In this document: in pieces, positions 17,501-24,163 of the stretch
Layout: every line of letters begins with the position of its first letter
Position numbering within the stretch: the stretch's first letter is position 1
Assembly (NCBI RefSeq): GCF_000011325.1
Contig: NC_003450.3
Location: 2,820,001-2,852,000, forward strand
DNA from: Corynebacterium glutamicum ATCC 13032
GTDB taxonomy: Bacteria > Actinomycetota > Actinomycetes > Mycobacteriales > Mycobacteriaceae
DNA: 32,000 nucleotides
Direction of reading: 5' to 3'
Notes under the pieces: model-generated
Told to the model about the DNA's origin: nothing
Databases searched by the model: none
Seen by the model: only the letters and a program-made list of their open reading frames with translations
Made by a program: the position numbers and the translations under genes

Positions 17501-17761
17501 AAGGTCTCCTAAAGTTGATTGTGGATACTTCACCAACTGTACCTTTAGTTACAAACTTGTGATTTTTATGAAATCAATCACTGCTGCCCTAGAGGTCGAT
17601 TTGCGGGCCTGGATTTCCAAAAGGGCCATAGGGCTGAGTGGCGTTCACCGCCGTTGGAATCGATTCTGCGAGGTCACTTTTTCGCTGTTCAGGACGGGAA
17701 TTGTGATAGTTTCCACAGCGATCAAACTGGTGCGCCAAGATTACCTAAAAAGCCGAACTTC

Positions 17762-17869
17762 TGGCACCTGTGTCCGGTTCCCAACCGGTTCTCAATCTCT
17801 AAACCTCTAAACCGGACAGGCGTTCCAAAACCTGGAAAAAACCCAGAGTCTTGGCACGCCTGTCTGGTT
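17762..17869. repeat. Three copies of an 18-nt element, consensus TGGCACGCCTGTCCGGTT: R1 17762-17779 (+), R2 17810-17827 (-), R3 17852-17869 (+)
   Basis: R2 and R3 differ at 2/18 positions and form a roughly 60-nt palindrome around the inner hairpin CTGG-A6C-CCAG. R1 differs from R3 at 4/18. The flanks also repeat (TCTCTAAAC after R1, TCTCTAAC after R3). Confidence 0.85.
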
Positions 17870-17953
17870 TCTCTAACTTGAGTCCCCCGAACTACCAAAC
17901 CACACTGCCCACGGCCCCCAAATCACCGATCATAGGCAATCTCAGACCGAAAA

Positions 17954-18577
17954 CTAACCCACGTTCTTGCTAATTACAGGTTCAGTACGACCGTCAGAGA
18001 GTCGGTAGCGCAAACCAATGATTCCCAACTCACCGGTTTCGACCTTCTGATGAATCTCTGGAGAACGGGACAACAGTTGGTTTACCGTTGCCACAACGTG
18101 GTGTTCCTCGAATTCCTTGATGGAGCTCAGGCCCTCTGCCTTGGCTTCTAGAATGGATGGTGCAACCTTTTCAACCAAAACTCGTTGGTAGCCTCCGGGA
18201 AGTGCACCGCCTTCAAGTGCTGCTGCAGTTGCTGCAACTGCACCACAGGATTCGTGGCCCATGACGATAACCAATGGAACGCCGATGGATTCAGTGGCGT
18301 ATTCGATGGACGCAAGCACTGCTTGGTCGAGGATTTCTCCGGCAGTACGGACAACAAAGAGGTCACCGAGACCGACGTCAAAAATAATCTCAACTGGCAC
18401 TCGAGAATCTGAACAGGAAATAACAACAGCTGCAGGCGTTTGTCCATTGCGAAGTTCTCTTCTGCGCGGGGCGTCCTGGTTTGGTCGATCTTCGTTGAAA
18501 CTGATGAATCTTTCGTTTCCGGCAAGCAATGCTTCCCATACTGCGGGCGGAGTTCTATCAACATTACGCAAAGGCAT
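17954..18577 (-). CDS. bca: Beta-class carbonic anhydrase
   Basis: 207-aa ORF with the zinc-ligand motifs SCSDSRV and GHESCGAV. No SD lies upstream, and TAATAA lies 5 nt before the ATG, so a leaderless transcript is possible. Confidence 0.9.
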   Translation of the reverse strand: MPLRNVDRTPPAVWEALLAGNERFISFNEDRPNQDAPRRRELRNGQTPAAVVISCSDSRVPVEIIFDVGLGDLFVVRTAGEILDQAVLASIEYATESIGVPLVIVMGHESCGAVAATAAALEGGALPGGYQRVLVEKVAPSILEAKAEGLSSIKEFEEHHVVATVNQLLSRSPEIHQKVETGELGIIGLRYRLSDGRTEPVISKNVG

Positions 18578-18643
18578 AAGCTTTATTATTCCACTCGGTG
18601 TGACATATGACCTAAAGTGCCAGTCAGTACAATCATTTAGGTC

Positions 18644-19525
18644 ATGTCATTTACAGCTTTTCAAACAGCCCTGCTCGTGTGGTTTAGAGCAAATGCCCGC
18701 GATCTTGCGTGGCGTGATCCCAATACTTCAGCATGGGGAATTCTCCTTTCAGAGGTGATGAGCCAACAAACTCCCGTCGCGCGAGTCGAGCCGATTTGGC
18801 GTGAGTGGATGGAAAAATGGCCCACTCCGGAAGATTTCGCGAATGCGAGCACCGATGAGATTTTGCGGTCGTGGGGCAAGTTGGGCTATCCACGTAGGGC
18901 GCTGAGGTTGAAGGAATGTGCGGAGGTGATCGTCGAAAAGCATGCCGGCGAGGTGCCGGATACGGTGGAGGCGCTGCTCGCGTTGCCGGGGATCGGTGAT
19001 TACACGGCGCGCGCGGTCGCGGCGTTTCATTTTGGGCAGCGCGTGCCGGTGGTCGATACGAACGTGCGTCGCGTGTACCAGCGCGCGGTAGCCGGACGTT
19101 ACCTTGCGGGGCCTGCGAAAAAGCAAGAGCTTATCGACGTCTCCCTTCTCCTTCCCAACACTCACGCCCCAGAATTCTCTGCCGCAATAATGGAGTTGGG
19201 TGCTCTTATCTGCACGGCCACTTCCCCAAAGTGTGACACCTGCCCACTGCTTGACCAGTGTCAATGGCAAAAACTTGGCTGTCCCTCCCCGAGTGAAGAG
19301 GAGCTGGCTTCAGCGAAAAAGCGTGTGCAGAAATTTGTGGGAACCGACCGACAAGTCCGTGGCCTAATCATGGACGTACTGCGCAATGCCACCGCACCTG
19401 TGCCACTATCCGCGATTGATGTCGTGTGGCCTGACGATGCCCAACGCTCCCGGGCGCTGTTTTCGCTCATTGAGGACGGACTCGCGGAACAAAATGAGGC
19501 GGGTTATTTCCACCTGCCACGGTAA
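18644..19525 (+). CDS. mutY: A/G-specific adenine DNA glycosylase
   Basis: 293-aa ORF. HhH-GPD motif LLALPGIGDYTARAV and the 4Fe-4S cluster loop CTATSPKCDTCPLLDQC. Confidence 0.9.
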   Translation: MSFTAFQTALLVWFRANARDLAWRDPNTSAWGILLSEVMSQQTPVARVEPIWREWMEKWPTPEDFANASTDEILRSWGKLGYPRRALRLKECAEVIVEKHAGEVPDTVEALLALPGIGDYTARAVAAFHFGQRVPVVDTNVRRVYQRAVAGRYLAGPAKKQELIDVSLLLPNTHAPEFSAAIMELGALICTATSPKCDTCPLLDQCQWQKLGCPSPSEEELASAKKRVQKFVGTDRQVRGLIMDVLRNATAPVPLSAIDVVWPDDAQRSRALFSLIEDGLAEQNEAGYFHLPR

Positions 19526-19562
19526 ACCACTGCGCGCCTGCAAAAAACAGTAGGTTTAAGTA

Positions 19563-20720
19563 ATGCTTGGTCTCTCTCGTCGTAAGTTTGCCATGCTCGC
19601 TGCCTTAACTGCGGGAATCGTTGGCGTTGTTGCCACTGGTTGTAGTACGCCCGCAGAACCTGAAACGATCGATAATCCGGTGTTCATTGGTATCTCCATC
19701 GATCCAATTAAAAACCTAAGTCCGAATCACGCTGCAAACCTCTTCGCTTTATCTGCAGATGGCTCGGGAGGAATTTTCCAAGAACTCGCTCCCACATACT
19801 TTCCGTCGATCCATCGATTAGGAAACGGATTCATCGCACCCGATAGAGATTCTTTGGTAGTTGTCGACGCTTCTCTAAAGGAAGTTTATCGACACGAAGT
19901 GGCCAGGCTTGGTGTTGGAATGCAAACTCAATCAGCTAGGTCTCCACTGCATAAATCAGTTGCCTTCTCCTTCAATGAAGGAACAGCTGAAGCCCCATAT
20001 AGACACCGCATCGTCTCCGCAACTGAGAAAACATCAGCTTCCGCAATGACAGATCAGCGGCACTTCGCGCTTACTGCATGCGATGACGGATCCACACGGT
20101 GGGTCGAATATTCCCCTGACCGCGGAATGGAAGATCCAATGGGCCCCGGCTCAGCACGCATCGTGACTCTCCAGGCCGACGGAGAACTCAGTGAAATTGA
20201 CGTTGAGTGGAATTTCCCGGATCGGCCCTCCGCCCCAATTATTCTGTCTTGCGAAGATCCAAGCGCTTATATAGTTTCAGAAGAAGACATCATCTATGTA
20301 AAAGACGAGGTAAGCCCTGCCGAATCCATAGGAAAATTACCTGCATATGAAATTCCGGACCGCGCCCGATTCGATACAGTTTCCGGCGAAGACTACTTCG
20401 CTTTTACGTCAACTGGGATGCTGACACGCATCAATATTCCCCAAGCAAAAATCGTCTACGCACAATCCATTGACCTCTACGGCAAGCATCCGGTTTCCAT
20501 AACTTTCGATTCCGACCGTGCATACGTGGTTACTTCCGGGGATTCCGGGGAAAGCCTTCTTGAAATCGACTTGAATGATCCAACATGCACTTCAGATCAG
20601 CTCTCGCTCACTGGTTTCAACAAATTACTCACAGCTCGGAAACCTAAGCCAGAACCGTCGATCATCATCGAAACCATCTTGCCAATTGACCCAAACTACT
20701 CACTGGGTTGTAAGAGTTAG
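19563..20720 (+). CDS. Hypothetical lipoprotein
   Basis: 385-aa ORF with signal peptide and lipobox MLGLSRRKFAMLAALTAGIVGVVATGC. I recognise no family. It is AT-richer than the flanking genes. Confidence 0.6.
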   Translation: MLGLSRRKFAMLAALTAGIVGVVATGCSTPAEPETIDNPVFIGISIDPIKNLSPNHAANLFALSADGSGGIFQELAPTYFPSIHRLGNGFIAPDRDSLVVVDASLKEVYRHEVARLGVGMQTQSARSPLHKSVAFSFNEGTAEAPYRHRIVSATEKTSASAMTDQRHFALTACDDGSTRWVEYSPDRGMEDPMGPGSARIVTLQADGELSEIDVEWNFPDRPSAPIILSCEDPSAYIVSEEDIIYVKDEVSPAESIGKLPAYEIPDRARFDTVSGEDYFAFTSTGMLTRINIPQAKIVYAQSIDLYGKHPVSITFDSDRAYVVTSGDSGESLLEIDLNDPTCTSDQLSLTGFNKLLTARKPKPEPSIIIETILPIDPNYSLGCKS

Positions 20721-20755
20721 ATTTTGGACGGAAGTGTGTATGCCGTTTGGCGCCG

Positions 20756-20929
20756 TTATTTCTTCCACCTGCCGCGATAGTTCAAACCGCCAGGCAACTT
20801 CACTGAGATTCCACCACGCGAATTAATAGTCACCGGCCCGATTCGCTTCGATCCGGAAACGCCAGACTTAGAAACATTCAGCCAACTGTCTTTTCCGGTC
20901 TTAATAATTTTCCGATAATTCAGTCCCAT
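20756..20929 (-). CDS. DUF4236-like miniprotein (57 aa)
   Basis: MGLNYRKIIKTGKDSWLNVSKSGVSGSKRIGPVTINSRGGISVKLPGGLNYRG follows the DUF4236 pattern (MGFRFRKS...LNxSKSGxS...G.PGTGLSYR). The longer track ORF (to 21064) adds a non-homologous N-terminus. Confidence 0.6.
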   Translation of the reverse strand: MGLNYRKIIKTGKDSWLNVSKSGVSGSKRIGPVTINSRGGISVKLPGGLNYRGRWKK

Positions 20930-21075
20930 GTGAACCAGCATAATCTTCATCACATGGTGTGTGCAGAAATATTTTTGCTGGTCTATTGTGGCGACCGAGG
21001 GCCTTTGAAGGTTCGACAAACTGTATAAGGCCTTGAATCTTGAGAATTTATTTTGAGGAAGCAAGAGGAAGTGTC

Positions 21076-21852
21076 ATGAGCAAAGTTGCAATGGTTACCG
21101 GTGGTGCACAAGGCATCGGTCGTGGAATTTCAGAGAAGCTGGCAGCAGATGGTTTCGATATTGCCGTAGCCGACCTGCCACAACAGGAAGAACAAGCTGC
21201 AGAGACCATCAAGTTGATTGAAGCTGCAGGTCAAAAGGCTGTATTCGTTGGATTAGATGTCACCGATAAGGCTAATTTCGACAGTGCAATTGATGAGGCA
21301 GCAGAGAAACTTGGCGGCTTCGATGTGCTAGTAAACAACGCCGGCATCGCACAAATTAAGCCACTTCTGGAAGTCACCGAAGAAGACCTAAAGCAGATCT
21401 ACTCCGTGAACGTTTTTAGCGTATTTTTTGGTATTCAAGCAGCATCCCGAAAGTTCGATGAGCTTGGCGTAAAAGGCAAGATCATCAACGCTGCATCAAT
21501 CGCTGCTATCCAAGGTTTCCCAATCTTGAGCGCCTACTCCACCACCAAATTCGCGGTTCGTGGCCTCACCCAGGCTGCTGCGCAAGAACTCGCACCCAAG
21601 GGTCACACCGTGAATGCCTACGCACCTGGCATCGTGGGCACCGGAATGTGGGAGCAAATCGATGCCGAGCTTTCCAAGATCAACGGCAAGCCAATCGGTG
21701 AGAACTTCAAGGAGTACTCCTCCTCAATCGCATTGGGCCGACCATCAGTACCTGAGGATGTAGCCGGTCTGGTTTCGTTCCTGGCTTCTGAAAACTCCAA
21801 CTACATCACCGGACAGGTCATGCTTGTCGACGGCGGCATGCTCTACAACTAG
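21076..21852 (+). CDS. butA: Short-chain dehydrogenase: acetoin reductase / 2,3-butanediol dehydrogenase
   Basis: The ATG at 21076 is preceded by AGAGGAAG. SDR motifs TGGAQGIG, NNAG and YSTTK. 258 aa. Confidence 0.85.
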   Translation: MSKVAMVTGGAQGIGRGISEKLAADGFDIAVADLPQQEEQAAETIKLIEAAGQKAVFVGLDVTDKANFDSAIDEAAEKLGGFDVLVNNAGIAQIKPLLEVTEEDLKQIYSVNVFSVFFGIQAASRKFDELGVKGKIINAASIAAIQGFPILSAYSTTKFAVRGLTQAAAQELAPKGHTVNAYAPGIVGTGMWEQIDAELSKINGKPIGENFKEYSSSIALGRPSVPEDVAGLVSFLASENSNYITGQVMLVDGGMLYN

Positions 21853-21862
21853 GGGTTGCTTT

Positions 21863-21898
21863 CCCGCACTCAACGCAGTTTTTGAGTGCGGGTTTTTT
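21863..21898 (+). terminator. Rho-independent terminator of butA
   Basis: CCCGCACTCAA (21863-21873) pairs with TTGAGTGCGGG (21882-21892), followed by TTTTTT. Confidence 0.85.
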
Positions 21899-22130
21899 CA
21901 TTCTTTTTTACTTTTCAAACACGTATAAACATTGCTATTCGGACAAATGGGCACCCCTCAAAACTTGCACATACCCAGCAATTATCAGAGGTTCTAATAA
22001 TCTCCTTAGCCTCTGTTCGAATTCTTGGAAACTTCAATAAACAGGTGTCCACCATAGGGAATATAATCTACAGCTGCAGCCAAGGTTTTTCCTAGGCTAC
22101 TGCCATATTCCCTCTATTTAGGAGACTCCC

Positions 22131-23237
22131 TTGAAGTCAAAGAAGTTACTGTCAGTGCTTACAGCAGTGGCCCTTTCTGGCGGTGTGGTAACCACAACAG
22201 CCATCGTTTCCCCCTCCATTGTTTCCGCAGCTGAGACAATGACGGACCAATATGATCCGTTTTACGATGACACTACTGTCCGGGCGGTTCCTTGGGTGCT
22301 ACTGTACCCACAAGGCGAAAAGCGTCTGCCATCTGGGACGACTTTTTCACTCTTTGATTCAACTTCATATAGTCCTGAAGTCTTCTCGGATGGTGCAGTT
22401 ATGATTAAACTAACTCCTAGCAGTGGCCAACTACATGTCTGGCTTAATAGCCTATGAACGCCTAAGCCTGGAGCCACAACAACCACATTCCGAATGGTCG
22501 CAGAGTACCCTGACGGATCCTCGGAAATATTCCCGGTAACGTTAAATTTAATTCCGGAAGATACCCTCGTTTATGACGCCGTCTACAAATTCAAAAGCAT
22601 CCGAACTGGTTCCGAAGATCAAATAACCCCATTTGTATCAAACCAACCTGATGTGCCTTTCCCTGCAGGAACATCGTTCACATTAACTGGATATTATGAA
22701 ATTGATCAGCTGAGAAGTGCAGGATGGAAATTTGAGCTTAATCCTGTAACAGGTGAACTTTCAGTCACAGTTCCTATCTCTGTAATTTACCCTGATGGGT
22801 CTCGTGATAACACAATCGCGACCATGGAATCCGTAGGCCCTGATGATTCTGAGCTTTTCAAACCAGACTTTGATTTAATCCCAATAAAATCAGGTGACTA
22901 TATAGAGATAGGTGTACTCGCACCAGGGCTTCCTGCTGGTACGGAATTCCATCTCGATTACTACGCACTTCCGGATCGATTCTTTGACTTAGGCGGTTCT
23001 ACAAGCCTTTCAGGCAACGGTAAGTTCTCTCTTGGAGTTCCACTTACCTGGAATGATGATCTCCAGCTCCCGATCTCGATTACTTTTCCTGACGGAAGCC
23101 ACACAGTTGAGAATTTGCATGTTGACGTAACCCCCGCAAACTTTGCTGGCAACCCCATTGACGAGCCTAAGGACGATGACAAGGATCATCCACAACCGGC
23201 TCCTAAACCAAGTGGCAGCTCATTTGGTTCTAGCTAG
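22131..23237 (+). pseudogene. Secreted protein with three Rib/YPDG-type repeats, interrupted by a single in-frame TGA (22455-22457)
   Basis: ORFs 22131-22457 and 22494-23237 are in the same frame (both starts are divisible by 3) and are separated only by the TGA. The TTG start has AGGAG 6 nt upstream, and the signal peptide is MKSKKLLSVLTAVALSGGVVTTTAIVSPSIVSAA. Three segments each end in (Y/F)PDGS, and the first domain spans the stop. Confidence 0.7.
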
Positions 23238-23256
23238 TTCCTACTAAACAGTTCAA

Positions 23257-23298
23257 AACAGCCAGCTCCGCAACTACAAGGTTGCGGAGCTGGCTGTT
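23257..23298. terminator. Perfect 18-bp hairpin between convergent genes
   Basis: AACAGCCAGCTCCGCAAC (23257-23274) pairs with GTTGCGGAGCTGGCTGTT (23281-23298) across a 6-nt loop. The trailing U-tract is short (TTT). Confidence 0.7.
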
Positions 23299-23429
23299 TA
23301 TCCAGAAGCGCTCATTGGCAAACAGGGCTATTCAGAGGTTTCGTGTCATCAAATCCAAACCTCTGAACTTGCGTTAGCTTCAAAAACCTCCGTCAAGATC
23401 TAGGTGTGACTATGCCACGCCAAGGACTT

Positions 23430-23723
23430 TTAGCCTTCCAAAGGAACCACATCGAAACCAAGAACTTCCACGCTCATGCCACGTTGTTCATCATCAGCAT
23501 GGTTACCGGCAGGGCGGGCATCCGACCATGCTTGATAGTCTTCGCGGGAATCCCAACGAGTAACTACGAAGTAGCGATCCTCACCAAATTGTGGACGCAA
23601 CAACTCAAATTCTTGGAATCCTTTGGCCGTATCTACAGCCTTCTTACGAGCCGCGAAGCGTTGTTCGATTTCTTTTTCAGCCCCTGCAGGGAACGTAAGA
23701 GCCGTGATGTTAACAAATGACAT
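23430..23723 (-). CDS. ABM-domain monooxygenase, MhuD/IsdG-like
   Basis: 97-aa ORF, MSFVNITALTFPAGAEKEIEQRFAARKKAVDTAKGFQEFELLRPQFGEDRYFVVTRWDSREDYQAWSDARPAGNH, aligns by eye with M. tuberculosis MhuD as I recall it. Asn, Trp and His sit at the positions of the catalytic triad. A strong SD (GGAGGAGG) is present. Confidence 0.75.
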   Translation of the reverse strand: MSFVNITALTFPAGAEKEIEQRFAARKKAVDTAKGFQEFELLRPQFGEDRYFVVTRWDSREDYQAWSDARPAGNHADDEQRGMSVEVLGFDVVPLEG

Positions 23724-24105
23724 GATGACCTCCTCCGCAGCGGAACCCCGTCCGCTGCACTATTCACAACCGGACACCATTAGTGTAACCTAACTACATT
23801 GTTTATAGCCTTATGAGAATCATCACCTTTAACTCTCTGACCTGGCATTAATTCAATTAAATCCCGCCTGGCGCGCTTATAGCCCATTTAAGACCTCCGA
23901 GTTTTTCGAATGGGTATTTGCATACACAAAGATCCGAAAACCTCTTAAAAGCTCTTCTGGGGAAGTATGACTTTTAGGACTCAAGGGCATAATTTGAGCT
24001 CGACCAAACACGCATGCCCAAAATCTTCAAAATCCCGAACGATGGGCCCGGCACCGGAATGCACTGATCCTGAAGTCAGTAGCCAGAATCCCCTCCCTGA
24101 GCATT

Positions 24106-24153
24106 AAAAAAGGGCCCGCACGTTAGGATTTTCCTAAAGTGCGGGCCCTTTTT
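24106..24153 (-). terminator. clpC terminator (bidirectional architecture)
   Basis: AAAAAA-GGGCCCGCAC (24112-24121) pairs with GTGCGGGCCC (24139-24148), followed by TTTTT. It lies 11 nt downstream of the clpC stop. Confidence 0.85.
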
Positions 24154-24163
24154 CAAAAGGTTG

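Noticed and set aside
17558-17580. GTGATT-N11-AATCAC near the vdh start, considered as a GlxR/CRP site
   Set aside because: The spacing is incompatible with TGTGA-N6-TCACA. The same applies to the TGTGA-N16-TCACA pair at 20929-20954. Both are kept only as generic inverted repeats.
17762-17779. TGGCAC resembling a sigma-54 -24 element
   Set aside because: The -12 TTGC is absent at the required N5 spacing (the sequence is TGGCAC-CTGTG-TCCG), and corynebacteria are not known to encode RpoN.
17457-17881. Two overlapping plus-strand ORFs (117 aa and 75 aa) in the vdh-bca gap
   Set aside because: They have no SD, start within or opposite the vdh 5' region, and read straight across the 18-nt repeats. 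They are more likely non-coding, although a small protein cannot be excluded without ribosome profiling.
21886-22095. 69-aa ORF in the AT-rich region after butA
   Set aside because: It begins inside the butA terminator U-tract, has no RBS, and is a hydrophobic or odd low-complexity product of AT-rich DNA. The region is more plausibly the promoter of the Rib-repeat gene.
22455-22457. TGA as selenocysteine or programmed recoding
   Set aside because: No SECIS-like hairpin is evident immediately downstream, and Sec in a secreted repeat domain has no precedent I know of. A nonsense mutation is the simpler reading, so recoding is kept only as a remote alternative.
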